Shown: positions 35,641 to 50,088, counted from the stretch's first letter. The stretch: 64,000 bases of DNA from Vicugna vicugna (GCA_013265495.1 MU058139.1:62001-126000), one strand, 5' to 3'. The notes: generated by a model from the letters alone, not told the origin. Numbers and translations: made by a program.

Positions 35641-36405
35641 CTTTTAGGAATCCTTCAGGTATTACAATTAAAAAAAATTTTTTTTGCTTCTACTTTGAAA
35701 ATTCTTTCATTCTTTTTAATTTTTGATACTTAAACTCTTTCTGACAATCATTTGATCATGTCCAGTAATTTGAAATTTGATGCTTTGTTTTTACAGCTGT
35801 TTGGTCTTTCAAATCATTATGTTATCTGGCGCCGTGGGAGCGTAACCATGGGCAGTGTTTATGTGGGACAGTTCAGGGAGAGGCTATTTTGTCTCTGAGC
35901 TAAGAGAACAGTTCTTTTGTTAGAAGGCCTTGGTACTTCCTGGCTATGTGACCTTGAGGGAAAACTCAACTTTCTATACCTCAGTGTCCTCTTCTATAAA
36001 AAAGGTCAATAATAGCACGTACCTCAAAGGGGAATTGTGAAGATGATGAATTAAGAAAAATAAAACAGGGAAATAGTGTTTACAACATAGTAAGTGCTCA
36101 GTAAACATGGGCAAATATTATCAAATATGTAAAAGTTATAGAAAGTTGTTACATGGGGTTAAAAATGGCCTTTAGAAGAAACTGATTATTAACTATATGA
36201 AGCTGTCAAAGAGTCTTCAGACTAGATTTTAATTATACAGGAATAAATTGTTGAAGGAAATAATTATTTAAAACTACAAAAGCTGATACAGGAGGAAAAT
36301 GAAGAGGTGAAAGAGAAGGGCATTGAAGAGAGTGGATTTTTCTGTCTGAAAGCTCTAGAGAATAAGCCATGTGCTGAACTGATAAACAAGCTATGAGAAA
36401 TTTCA

Positions 36406-36586
36406 TGTAGCTGGCTAGCTAAGAGATGGCTTCTTTAATGTATCCGGTGTGGACAGCTGGCTAGCCAACGACGGGTAAGATCCTCAGAGGAGGACAACCT
36501 AAGACAGGCACGGCCGGCTGGATCGGAGATGGCCTACGTCACGTATCCAGTATGGATGAGGGAGCATATTCCCTCGCCCAGATCTG
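36406..36586 (+). mobile_element. Short CpG-retaining ERV-LTR-like fragment
   Basis: Starts TGTAG; internal repeats agctggctagc x2 and gagatggc...gtatcc.gt.tgga x2; flanked by tttcatgt. Confidence 0.45.
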
Positions 36587-37149
36587 TTTCATGTTCATTT
36601 TCTTGGCTTCCTTCCAAGTGCTTTCTCAAGTCCTCCATGTGTTTCTCTGGCTTTTTAAGTTAATGCCATTATTTAGGGATTAGGCAGATCTGTCAGATAC
36701 TGGCTGTGTGACTATTGGAACATAATTCAGGTTCCTGGGCCCAGGTACCCTGTCTGTGAGATGGACTTAGTACACCTTCTCAGAGGGTAATGGGAATGTA
36801 AAATGAAAGAGTTGATGTATGAAAACTCATATAGATACTTAGTAAATCTTAGTTCCTTTTCTTTATGCCACATTGGTTTGTAACTAGCTTTCCCCTCTTT
36901 TAGTTGTGTTGGCTTCCCTCATTGATAAAATTGGGATGATAATACTAACCTTGTAGGCCTGTTAGGATTTGATGACATAATGTATACATAGACCTAGTAT
37001 AGTTCTTGGTACATAGTATGTAAGTAACACTGCTGACATTACTTAGAGAAGGTCAAACATTTTCATACGCTTGTTATTTGTATTTATTTTGTGTCTTGTT
37101 GCCATTGGTGTATTCTTTTTTTTTTTTTAACTGGTGTTTGCTGTTCAAT

Positions 37150-38080
37150 TTTATTATGGTATTTTTTACCAAGAAGGATTTTGAAAGATGATTGGGAGTT
37201 TTCCAGATAGTCAAGAAGGGAAATGGCAAACCAGACAGAAGGAACACTTTGTGCAGACACACAGGCATGAAATAGCATGGGCTATGTGGACACTCACAGT
37301 GTTAAGATATCATTGCAGGGTAAGTGCCGCAAGAAAGAAGGAGGTGTTTGCAAGGAACCAGACCATGAAATAGCACATGTGACCTGATAAGTTACTTAGA
37401 TTTTCATCTCGTTGGTCTGAGTAGGGGATAGTAAAGGAAGGTTAATGAACTTGGAGTTATGTTCTAGAAATGTTACCCTGTGACCCTAGGATGGGTGGGG
37501 AAGTAACAGGCCAAGTGGTCAGTTAGGGGATTAGTTTTGAGAGATGATGAATTTATGCAGAGCCAGTAAATGGAAAAGACTTTTACCCATAAGATCTACA
37601 GAATCTAAAAAACAGTAAAACCTGATAGTTATTTGGATGTTAGATACCCAGATTAATGACTTGGGTGATTTAACAGATGGCATAGTCAAGGTAGGGGAGA
37701 AATAATAGGTTCCATTTTAGAGTTTGAGTTGTCTGTGGGACCCATGGAATTTGTGCCTTTTGGACTGAGGGAGAGATAGGACTGGAGACAAAGATTTATT
37801 TCTCTCAATATGTTGAGTGAATAGGGAGGTGGGCCAGCAAGCTGGAACACTGAGGGACATGGTATTTGTGGCCGGGTAGATAAATAGTATTCAAGGAGGG
37901 AAACTGTGCAGGGAAAATTAGAGTGAGGAGAACCAAGAGAACGCTGTCCCATGAGAATAAAGGGAGGCGAGGACTTCAAGGAGTGATTGGATGATACAAG
38001 CCAAGTGAAATGAGGATTAAAATGAGTTCTTGGATTAGTTGCCACTCCCTGGCTGGTATCCCCTGCATCAGTCTTCTCAG
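37150..38080 (-). mobile_element. L2 fragment
   Basis: Purine-rich antisense L2 text (gaaggattttgaaagatgattgggagtttt...gagtttgagttgtctgtgggac). Confidence 0.6.
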
Positions 38081-39114
38081 CAGCATTAGTCTGTGTGCCT
38101 TGATGGTCAGAGAAGTTCAGAAGCTCTTCACACAACGTTGTCCCTTGAATCATTCTCAGGACACATTAATGTAGCAAAGGTGTTGAGAAGCCCTACAGAA
38201 AAGATGCTATTTGGCTTAAAACAGCATTTCCTATGTATATTTAAGCAAGGGACACTTCTTTTTAGTAGGGGAGGGGAGCACAGTTACCAGCATCCTGTAT
38301 CACAGTGTTCCTTAGCGTGGCTTGGGAAATGCCTGATTGGCACTGACGGGGCTGTGGGAGGAGAAGCTGGAATTGGATTTGGAGGTGGTGAGTGAGAAGT
38401 GCCAAGGCTGCGCGTCCTGATTAATATGCATTCTGTTTGATTATGTTGACAGCTCTGACTGACTCTAAAGTAAGCTTCTCTGTGATTTTTCTGGATGGCA
38501 GGATTTGTTAATGTTCCCATTATCTCTGTTTTTTTCTAAAGATGTGCAAAACTGAGCTCCTGTTCTCCTTACTGCTCTCACAGCCTTCCTTGTCCCAATA
38601 GAGGCATCTCCCTACTTCCAGGGGCCAGGACCTAGTCTTGGAGCCACCTGTGTCTTCTCTTTCACTTACATCAGCAGATTCCATAGGCTAGACCCTCAAA
38701 CCATAATTATGATTCTGTCATTTCTCTCCATCTTTACCTTTGTTTTTCCTACACTTCCTCACCAGGTGGCTTGACTAATAGGAAGATGAGGAAGGCGCCA
38801 GCAGATAAACCAAACCTCGTCTCTTTGGTTTATCAAACATAATATATGTGTCCCTTAGAGTCACCTGACCCCACTGCCTCCAGGGCCCTGGGCTGCTTGT
38901 TCAGTGTGGCCCCCAACTCTGATGCTGTTGCCTCACCCCATAACACTGCCAGGGATCGGGGCTGGCTCGCACCCTCAGAATGCTCAGTTTCTCCCCGGTA
39001 TCTGCTCTCAGATGTGCAACCCTGGCTGTGAACATGAGATCTAGCTGCTCTAGCAGCTGTTTGGAGGGGTCAGATAATATGACTGTCAGTGGAGAGAAGG
39101 TGGAGACTCATGCC

Positions 39115-40001
39115 TGTGTAATAATAGAAAAGCCATGTATATATGTCTCTGCCACTAGTTCCTAAACCTTTGATAATTTCCTCAGTGATAAGAGCACTAG
39201 GAGCATCTTTGTTTTAATACTTGGTCTTTGACCCTGATTCCTGACACAGAGCCCCTAAATCCCTTAGAGTTTCCTGAGTGATAGGCATGTCCTTTGTTCC
39301 AATGAAATGACTCTTGTTGGGCTCCTGGATGACTTCAGAATGAGGACCGGTCATCAGAAAGACCAAAGCGATAATCAGAAGCTTGGAACTTTCAGCTCCT
39401 CCCCTACCCTCTGGGAAGAAGAGAGGGGCTGGGGACTAAGTTAAGGATTGATCCTGCCTATGTGATGAAGCTTCCACGAAAACATTAAATATCTGTCGTT
39501 TGTAGAGCTTTTGGGTTGGTGAATGTATGCACGTGCCAGGAGGGTAGCATACCTCAAATCCATGAGCACAGAAACTCCTGCACTCAGGAGCCTTCCAGAA
39601 CTTGCCCTGTGAATTTTTTCACCTGGCTGTTTATCACCTGTATCCTTTGTAATATCTTTTATTATGTAATAGACTATCAAATGTAGTTTTGTGAGATGTT
39701 CTAAAAATGTTCAAATCCAACGAGGGGAACCTCCAATTTGTAGCTGAATTGGACAGGAGTTGTGGGTAGCCTGAGGATTTAGTACTTGAGATTGGTATCT
39801 GAAATGGGAGCAGTCTTCTGGGACTGAGTCTATAACAGGTGTGATCTGAAGGAAGACAGTGTCAGAATTGAACTAAATTGTGAGCATCCAGCTGGTGTCT
39901 CAGAGAATGGCTTCTTGTGTGGAAGAGACTCACACATCTGGTGTCAGAAGTGAGTGTGGTAGTTGTGTGTGAGGAGAGGAGACACGGCTGTTTTTCCTAC
40001 A
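39115..40001 (+). mobile_element. MER21C-like LTR nested in an older LTR-like element inside an L2
   Basis: ttggtctttgaccctgattcctgacacagagcccctaaatccctt...gaccaaagcgataatcagaagcttggaactttcagc; ends tgtttttcctaca. Confidence 0.85.
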
Positions 40002-40670
40002 CTTCCTCACCAGCTGGCTTGACTAGTAGGAAGATGAGGAAGGCGCCAGCAGATGTCCCCCTGCCCCGGTCCCCAGCCGCCCCTGCCATGTTCCTTGCCG
40101 TGCAGATGGGAATATGGGAGGTGTGGCTTCAGACCACGTTGTGTCTTGACTGCAGAGCTTTTGTCAGCTTTGATAGGTCCTCCCCCCCTCCCCCCCCCCG
40201 TGACAGCCTGCCTGGCCGAGGCCTTGGTGACAGGGCGGTTGGCTGGGCTTTCTTGTGAAGCTGTGGCCGGGGGAGTAGAGCACTGCCATGTGCCTGCGTT
40301 CCCTCCTGCCCCTCCGCACTGCCTCTGCTCTTGTTACTTCGCAGTTTCACCTCCCAGAAAAAGCATTTGCCGCTGAGCTTTACTGAGGGTTTTCAGAAAA
40401 CCTGGACAGAGGGTTATTGCGATAACCTTTTTCCTGGTCTCCCTGCTACCACTCTATCACCTTGAGTTTATTTTCACACACTGGTCCACGTGATCCTGTA
40501 AGAAATATATCAGAGAAGACATCCCTCTGATTAAAACTTCTGAGAGGTTTCTCATTTCACTTAATAAAGCCCAGAGGCCTCAACAAAACCCCCAGGACTC
40601 CTTGGTCTGGAGCCAGCCCGTTTCTCTCTCTGGCCACACCTCCTGCAGCTTCCCCCGCACACTCCATTCC

Positions 40671-41045
40671 AGTCTTCGTGTGAGCTGCTACAACAGTGGA
40701 GTACCATGGAATGGGTGGTTTATAAATAATAGAAATTAATTGCTCCCAGTTCTGGAGGCTGGGAAGTTCAAGATCAGGGTGGCAGCCTGGTTGAATTCTG
40801 GTGAGGGCCCTCTTCCTGGTTGTAGAGAGCCACCTTCTCATGTGTCCTCGTGCCAGAGAACAGGGGGGACTCAAGCTCTCATGTGACTTTTTAAGGGTGC
40901 TAATCCTATTCAGGAGGGCGCCACCCACAGTCACCTGATCTCAATCCTGATCACCTCCCACAGGCCCTACTTTCCTTGTGCCATCAAACCGTGAGGTGGT
41001 TTCAACATATGAATTTGTCAGGGACACAAACATCGAGTCCATTAT
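40671..41045 (-). mobile_element. MaLR solo LTR (MLT1A-like) inside an L2
   Basis: cagttctggaggctgggaagttcaagatcagg...tttcaacatatgaattt...ggacacaaacat. Confidence 0.85.
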
Positions 41046-43989
41046 TCCAAGTCTCCTTGCTGCTTCTCCTGCACAACAAGCAAGCCTCCATCTCTGGACC
41101 TTTGCAGTATCTCTTCCTTCTGTTCCAGAAAGTTCTTCTCTCAGATATCTGCTAGATCTGTTTCCTCGTTTTCTTCAGGTTGCTACTAATGAGACATTCT
41201 CTAACCATCCACTGTGAAAATTGAACCAGTTCCTTCTCCCGTACTGTCTGGCTTACTCTGCTTCATTTTTTCCCATAGTACTTTCCATTGTTAGGCACAG
41301 TGTATGCCTATTTATCTGTTGTCCACCCCCCAAACCCCAGAATATAAGTTCCATAAAAGGATAGGTGTTGTCTAGAACATCACTTAGACGTATTTGTTGA
41401 ATGAATCAACAAATGAATAAATGAACAAGGATCATGTTTGCTATGAGATATGTATAGCTTGAAATATACACCATTATATTGTGAGAAGTTTAAGCTTAGA
41501 TGTTAAGTTTTTATCATGAAGGTCTGTTTTTTGGGGTTTTTTTTGTTGTTGTTGTTGTTTTGTTTTTGAAGAACTAAGTATTTCCTAAATTTGATCCATG
41601 GATAGTGTTTTGAAGTATGTTAATAGGTGTTATGTAGGAGACAGAACAAATGTGTGTGTGTGTCTGTGTGTGCTGGACAGAGGCCAAATAAGCATCATGA
41701 AACGTTTTTATATGTGTGATTATATGTGAAATTTTAGTAGATAATAGAGTTTTTTTTGGTACTACATGATAAAGCATTTGAAATTTTCTCAAAGTAATCA
41801 AGTCAGTTGTGAATAACTTGGTTTTAACTCAGTGTAGAATTTTAAGTATATGTTAATAATGTGAAAATAATGAAGTTCAGATGTTTTGTCTTTCATTCCT
41901 GTAAAGAAATGTTACCTCTTTGTATGGAAAGTTGAAGAGGTTGGTAAATGAGAGCAAATCTATGTGATTACAGAATGATTATTATCATAAAGGTATATGA
42001 GATTAATATTACATGTAGAATTTAGTATTTTTTGGTGTCTAGAGGTTTCTTAGGATTTCTTTTGGCTTTTTGCCTTGCCCTTGGAAAATTGTCAGGAATA
42101 TTTCTAAAAAGTGCTCTTCAGTAATAGTGCCATTTAGCTCTCAACCTGCCTAAAAGCAAAAAACATTTCATTTTTGGAAAGTAAGTAGATTGTATGCTGA
42201 GGTTAAAAAAAAAAACCGAAACACTGTAAATACCATGAGTTTACCAGGATCAATAGTTGCTTTTACTTTTATCCACAAATTCTTTTCATCCTTGGACCTT
42301 GAACTGCCACAGACCTTGCAGAAACCTGGACTGGAGTAGAACAGCCCCATTAGAGAGTTAAGCTTAGTAATTCTGAGCATCCATTAGTGATTTTTGTTCA
42401 AACTCAGTGGTGAATTTCATAATCCTTTAGTACCCAATAAATGAGACTTAAGCAACAAACAGAACCTTTCAGCAAATACACGACCCTCAGAAACTTGGCA
42501 TGTTCCTTAATTAAAGGTGAATTTTGGTCCAGAAAGAACCCACAATTCAAAGGATTCACAGTCATACAATTCTAGTTAGAAGTCCTTTGAACTTTAATAG
42601 ACCACATAAGAGATAGGAAACAAGTAGTTTTGACTTGTTTAAATTTTATCCTAAAAATCCCTGAGATTTAGATGGTAATGAAGTCCCAGAGTAATAGCGC
42701 TGCTTCTTTAGAAGGCATTTTATTTTTGTGGCCTAAGTTTATTTTCTTGTGGTTGTTTTTTGGCTGAGTTGATAGTTAAAAACTATATTCTTTGAAGATT
42801 TAAGCTTAATGGCTCTCTTTGTTGATTCTGACTTAATACTGGTCCTTTATCTCTGCTTTGCTCTCCATCCAGTGAGATTTCTTTCAGCTAATTTTGAACT
42901 GTCAGAATGTTGGTGGCCCTGCTTGAGGGGCAAAGATATGAATCTGTAATTTTACAGATTGTTTTGTGGGTTGGCATTTCAGAATTTGGATAGGGAGACA
43001 TACTTAAAATCCCAAGGTCACTTATAATGAAGAGATTGTCTTCTGCATTTCTCTCATGACTGTAACAGCAAAGGGCTTGTGATTTCATTATTCAGAATAA
43101 AAACAAAACCAAAACCCAAACATATATACACATGCCCTTGTAGACATATTTGTCATAAATTCTTCAATGCAATATATTCACTTATTATACTTGAACAGCA
43201 AAGTAATAAAATACTGCTTGGAAAAGTTAACATTAGCCCTGAAAAAAACTTAATACCAGTTTAGGATGCTTACTGAGATCACTTGACGGAATTGATGAAA
43301 AGTCATACAGATGAATTTAAAGATTTAGAGATAATTTTGGGGAGGATGACTTTACAATTACAGATATTAGATACCATTGTAAACGAATCTTCTAGAAGTT
43401 ACATTCCAAGCAATACAGGAGAGGGTTATTTTGTGGAGATCACAAATAGCTAGTGGGTATTTGTCATTGGCATAAAATTTCCAGTGACATCCTCATGTAT
43501 GATCTCGAAACATGCTAGATGTCAGGGAACTTTGAGTGAAGGAAAGTTAATGTGCTCTTGACAACTGTTAGCTAGCTTAAAAAGTGGTTCTATTTCTGAT
43601 AATGACTGTGATTCCAAAGATGCATATAGAATAAAATTGTTTCACGAAACTTGAGTGGAAAAAGCAAAACTTCTAAATGAACATAATAAGATAGTGTTAT
43701 TTAAAAATAAGTTTATATAACTAAATCAATAACTTGAATAGTATGAAGTCAGTTCCTTTGTTCATCTATATAGTGGAAATGTCTATGCATCTGATTCTGG
43801 ATATTCTCACGTGGAAAATGAAGGACTGACTTTTATTCTGGTTGTCTTCTACCTGGGCACATACACATAGTATGTGTACGTTTAACGTGGATGAGTTTGG
43901 ACACAGAAGAAGGTCAGGAAGGATGCACATTGTCCTGCTCTCAGCGTTAGCTCCCTGGAAGTGGGATGGAGTAGGGATGGTGGTCTCCT

Positions 43990-44430
43990 GGCTACCTCCA
44001 AGCACCAAGAACATTCCTGCTTCGGTACCATTGAGCTTACTGTTTCCTCTGCCTGGAATGCTGTTCCCCGGATAGCAGCATGACGGGTCCCTTGTATTTA
44101 CCCTCATGGTATCTTCCTAGGGCCTCCCTGGCTGCTGTAGAAGATTGCACTCTCTGCTCCGCCTCCCTGTACCCTTTTCTGTTTTATTTTTCCCCCTAGC
44201 ACTTACTACTGCCCATCATACGGTCTGTTTTGCTTGTTGATGTTTTGATTGCCTCTCCTTCCAGAATGGAAGCTCCATAAGGTGGGGACATTTTTGTTTG
44301 GGAGTTTTGTTTGTTTTGTTGTGTAGGGATTTGTCTGTGTTGTTCTGTTTGGTTCACTGTTGTATCCTTGGCATCAAGAGTGGTGCTTGCACAGAGTGGA
44401 TGCTCTATAAATATCTGTTGAATGAGCAAA
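43990..44430 (+). mobile_element. L2 3' end
   Basis: tcctctgcctggaatgctgttccc...gtgcttgcacagagtggatgctctataaatatctgttgaatga. Confidence 0.75.
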
Positions 44431-45152
44431 TAAGTTGTAGAGCATGGGCATTTTAAAGATTGATAGTATTGTCAGGTTACTTTTTAAAAGGACATACAAG
44501 TTTTAAATCTTGGAGTGTTTGTGTGACCATAGGTATGCCAGTATAATATTTAAGACTATGCAATTTATGAGGTAAAATTGTGGATTTTTGATTACTAGTG
44601 AAGTCAAATATTTTAAAAATATCACTTTTACATTTAGTGTTTTTTTAAACTCTACAGTACATTTGTTGAAAACTTGGGAAATACTGAAAACATACTCATT
44701 TATCCATTGATTTATTCAGGACATAATTACTGACTGGTTTCTGTGTCAGTTACTGTGCTGTGTGATGCGGATAGAAACATACCATATTCTTTTCCTCCTG
44801 AGATTATAGTCTGCTGGGAAATACTGACGTGACACAAGTGAAGAAGAAAACTTAAAAATCATACATGGTGCTCATTCAGGGATAAACCTTGTCGAGGATT
44901 TAGATGATATCTTTTCAATGTTTATCCTACATGTGTCTATGAACGTTAAATTACAGCTTTCTTTTTTTTTCACTTAGAAAATTTTGAGTTTTTCTTGCCA
45001 TTAAATATATTTGTAAGCTTGGTCTTTTATGGTTGTGTGATATTCCATTTTGTGGAATTTCCACATTTAGGAAATATAATTTTCACTGTTATAAACAAAG
45101 TAGCACTTATACTTTATGGAAATCTTGTCTCCACATCCCTATTGTTGCCTTA

Positions 45153-45620
45153 TGTATTAGTTTCCTATTGCTGCTGTAACAATTTATTGTAAACTTAATG
45201 GCTTAAAGCAACACAGATACAATATCTCACAGTTCTGGAGGTCAGCTGTCTTAAAATCAAGGTGTTGCCAGGCCTGTGTTCCTTCTGAGGCCCTAGGGGA
45301 GAGTCTGCCTCCTGGCCTTTTCCAGTGTCTAGAGGTAACTGCATCTGGCTTATGACCCCTTCCGCCATCTTCAAAGCCAGAAGTGTAGCGTCTGCAAATC
45401 TTCCTCTTTGACCTCTGCTCCCGTCATCACATCTCCTCCTCTGACTCTAACCTTCCTCCATCCATCTTGTGATTACGTTGGGACTATCATCATATCCCAG
45501 GAAAATCTCTTTTTAAGATCCTTAATCGTATCTGCAAAGTCCCCATTGCCATGTAAAGTAACATTTCACAGGCTTCTGGGATTAGGACATCTTTGAGGGG
45601 TCATCATTCTGTCTGCCACG
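45153..45620 (-). mobile_element. MaLR solo LTR (MLT1C/D-like)
   Basis: tgtattagtttcctattgctgctgtaacaa...tctgcaaagtccc...; TSD cctta/ccttg. Confidence 0.85.
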
Positions 45621-48600
45621 CCTTGAGATATGTGCCCAAATGTGAGCTCGGTAAGTCCAAAACAGGTTTTAAAGCTTTAGATACATATTGCCAAACTAGT
45701 CCTACATCACTGAATGCTCAGTTGATGCTCACATCTGCAGTGAGAATTTCTATCACACCCGGTTCTTCTTAGCATTTGATATTCTTATTTTTAAAAGCTT
45801 TTGTCCTTTTGATAATAATAATAGCAACCGTATATTGGTTGATTACTCTAGGCTGACACAAATGTAGGAGCTTTATAGATATTAACTACTTTAATCCTCA
45901 GAAAACTATGATGTAGGTACTTTATTATTTCTGTTTTACACATAATGACACTGAGGCATAAGGAGGTGTCAAGTAGCTTGTCTAAATCACAGTTGGAAAT
46001 GGTAGAGCTAAAATTCAAACACAGGCAGAGAAAGAGCTAACTAGCTAGATCTCCATATTCGAAATCTTTCTCAGGGCATGTGAACGCACACACACATATA
46101 TACACTTAAAAAGATCTCTGTAGGGTGTGCCTAGGACAGCTTTGATTAAAGAAAATAATGATAGCTAATGTTTGTTGATTTTTATGGGACTTAGTGACTT
46201 AGTGGGAAAAGGCTTAAAGAAAAGTAAATAGTCAGGAGGAGTATAGAAGAGGAAAATGAGAAATGAAGTAACTGAATTGCATTTTCCTCTGAGGTCTTAT
46301 GACAAACTTTTGCTTTCCAGTCTAGTGCAAAATTCTAACACTTAATTCTTCTTTTAGAGGTGCCTGTAGCAGAAATTCTGGTTAGGGTTTAAAACTTCAT
46401 AAAGTCAGTAATGATGAAAAGTATAAGCTTTCAAGGAGGGTTTACTATATTATGTGGTGTAGCATCTTTATTTTCCTTTCCCTGTAAGCTAATTTGGCAC
46501 CTTTCTCTCTGGTCCCACTTCCCCAGCTCTGGTCTGAACACAGAGCTCAAGCAGTTCCCATCCGCATTCTGGTTGCTGGGCTCTCATGTTTAGTCAGATT
46601 CACAGTATGTCTTAAACTGAAGTCAGTTTTTTGGGGGGTTATTAGCTAAACTTCTAAGGAGACTTTTAAGAAATTGAGTATAAAAACTTTAAAACTTAGT
46701 TTTAATTTTATTTAATTTACAGAAATACCTTATGGTTTTTGAAATGTAAGAATCTTTAAAAAGAAACAAATATACTTTGGCAGTCATTTTAAATTCAGAA
46801 TTGTTGCAGATCTATTTTTGCTTAATTTTTTTCTTAATTAAACTATCACTTTGAATGAAAAGAAATGGACATCGGGTGTATTCAGCTGATCTTCCATTTC
46901 ACAACTAGATGTCAGTGTTAACATACCTGACTAGCTGTTTCAGGTGTGATTAGAATGAGGTAATTCAAGTAATTACTCACCTAGATGAGATACAGTTTAG
47001 AAAAAAAAAGATAAAGAAGGAAAAGAAGAAAAAAATAAGTGACTTCCCTTATGTCTAAGCAGGCCAGTTAATTTTATATTTGCAATTTTAAATATTGAGT
47101 ATCTTCCCCACCTTAGCTATGCAAGAACAGTTAAACTTTTTGATTTATTTGGTTAGGGAAGGCAGGTAGAGTGTGAACTTGTACATTTTTACTACTCCCA
47201 ACAGAGGTTCTTCTCTTAAACTTTTCCAGGAAGTGTGATCAGAAAAAGAAGGAAGATAATTACTATTAGAATATGTGTGTTTGTGTGTGTGTTTTCTGCC
47301 CACCTCAATAAGAAACATGCTCGGGAGCAGGGATTGTGCATGGATTTTGAGTGGCACTGCTGACATCTCACCCAGGAGTCTCTTTTAACGTAAATAAATC
47401 TGCCTTTTTCAGTTGAAGTTTCATGTATGTGGGAGCATGATACACCTTATCCTTTCCTTGTAGATCCAATCTGACAGTCTTTTAAAATCACTTATGTTGC
47501 ATTTCTCTAACTAGGATGTCTCACCTTTTAATATGCTTCCTGTTGATAAATATGCAGTCCAGAATAATAACTGAAATGCCACGAATGAAACCCAGGTAAG
47601 GTCAAAGTACTGCAAAACACATCCTCTCCTTCTGCTGCCACTGAACTATCCTGTGGTTCCTGTTTCCCCAGTTCTCTCCTCTTTGAGAATTACTACCCCT
47701 GGATCACCTGAGTGATAGATCTCACTAGGCAAAAATCTGTTGAATTGTATTCATTTGATATTTTTAGTTAAACATCTTAAAAATCTGTGTATGCAGTTTA
47801 ACAAAGATTTTTGGAGGCTATAGGCTTAAAGTGTACAGTTAGAATAACAGGACAACCTGTCTTTGGAGCTTGATTTTAGATTTTTTAGAATTGACAGGCT
47901 TGCTTTTTTAAATTGTTATTTATAAGTTTAATTTTTCCTTGGAAACACACCCATACCTCCCAAACAATACTGTTTTGAAAAAGAAAGCTGAATTAGTGTC
48001 AGTTAGATCTTAGTGTGTTCACTTTCATCATGGAAATAACTTTTTAAGTCATGCGGTCCTAATTTTATAACAATCTAGAATGTGCAAACAGTGCATTTGT
48101 TTATTGACTTTAAAAATCTATTGTTTCCTGAGAAAGAATTTTCGGTTCATCAGTTCTTGCATCACCACAGAAAATACTCATTTGACACTTGCTTTTTGTT
48201 GGTCTTTATGTCTTGCAGGCACATAATACAAGAACATAAAATTAATTATTGATTATGGTACAGATTCGGCACATGTCTTTAGATTTTCAATCGGCCTGAA
48301 AACAGAGAAGAGTCATATGCATCAACTCCAGGCAATCCCAGCTTGCTGCATGTGTAATAAAAATGCAAGCAGGCTACATCTTGCTAATTGCAGTTTATCT
48401 TATTTAGCAAAACAATAGTTTAATGAAGTTTATTCAGCCCCTAGATTTCTTAAAGTGATTAGTAGTTGCTTAGTTCTTGACCTGGGTTATAAGGTTTGTG
48501 ATTTTGCAGAGTGGTCCTTATATACTAATATTTTTGTTAGTTTTTTAAAAACCTTTCTTGATTTGTGTTGTAAGTTCTCTCTGATGCCTCTGACAAAGAT

Positions 48601-49978
48601 ATAATTTAGAACTTAAATTTACTCTGTGTGAAGGCAAGTGAACCAGTTATTGAATTTAAACTCAACTGGAGGCAGCTACCTATGATGTTACCGACTGGAC
48701 CTTTAAGTTTCCAGTGATTTATATACAAGGCAGCAGGAGATCTAGAAGGGGGCCCAGGGTCTCAAGCCTAGTAGACACCTAGTAAAGACTTACCTAGACA
48801 CATTTATGCCCTTGTCTCTCTGACGTCATCTTTTCTAGGCCTCAGTGTCAGGTTGTGATTGTTTTTGGAGTGTGTAGGAACCTCCCTCCTTGCCCCGTCT
48901 TCCATAATGTGGGTCTGCCTGCATCACGGGGGCCTGCCTGCGGCGTGAGCCCTAGCTCCTCACATCCTAATATTTTTCTTTTTCATTGTCTGATATTTGG
49001 GCTGCCTAATTTAACTCTTTAACAGGAATGGTTATTCAAGAAATAGCTTTTTGGAACTACTGTGTAATTTTGTAACAGTATCTCTGATGATTTTCCTGAG
49101 AACGCTCCAATAGTTTTATTTTTAAAAACTCTTCACATTTTCTACTGTTTTGGGGCAGGGTTTACACATAATTGGATTTGTATGTGTTTGGGGGAAGAAG
49201 TGCAAAGAGGGTGGTAATTGCAAAATACAACAGCAGCTACGTTTACACAGTTCAAATTTTGACTGTCACTGGAGGACTGTGGCTAAATTTTCTGAATCTG
49301 AAAGCATTTTGAAAATGCCTTTCTTTAGCAGCGGGACAGAGGGGCAATGAAGAAGCTGTGCCCTTGCAATTATTTCCCTTACTCTTCTTACATTCTCTCC
49401 TGGTCTGTTAAAATGTTTAATTTTGGATCTGTGAAGTTTCTACATTTGGATACCAATTAATTTTGCATCTCATCTAAAAACTTACCTAAATCTTCATTAA
49501 GTGTTTTGTGATATGTGAGTTATATCTCAATAAAGCTATTAAAAAATTTTTTTACTTAAAACTGACCAAAACTTACCTAAAGGCATATTTATAAATTTCC
49601 AAGTGATATGGCTCTTAAGAATCTACTTCACTTTTCTATTTTTGTTTTGTTTTACTTTAGGAAAACTTTTCATTCAACTCCTAAGTGTATATCTTGCCAT
49701 AGGGAGGGAAGCAAATATAAGAGATAATGACTAAAACACTTAAATCTCATTTTTAGCATCAGAATGCTGTTGGGAGATGAACTAGAAGTGTATAAATGTT
49801 CCACTTCAGGCCTGGCTCCTCCTGGCCTGGGTGTCCTCCTACAATCTGAGATCTGGCTAGAAAATTGAGGAAGGGAGGAAAGGTACTAGAAAAATTCTGC
49901 TATTTTTGGCTTCTCTCTGTTGCAAGCAAATTGATGTCAAGAACTTTACGTTTTAAGACATGCCATTTTTCATTACAG

Positions 49979-50088
49979 AAAGTTGTATACCTGCACAAGT
50001 GGTGGCTGCAGTTGATGTAAACACTGTTGCTAATGAGGTATACAAGTACAATTTTCCTCACACACAGCTCCTGGCCAAGACAATTGAG
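49979..50088 (+). CDS. TRDMT1: TRDMT1 exon 2 (110 nt)
   Basis: cattacag|AA AGT...GAG|gtgagt; ESCIPAQVVAAVDVNTVANEVYKYNFPHTQLLAKTIE. Confidence 0.97.

Noticed and set aside
37686..38153. 155-aa minus-strand ORF
   Set aside because: Lies within a degenerate L2; no splice or codon support
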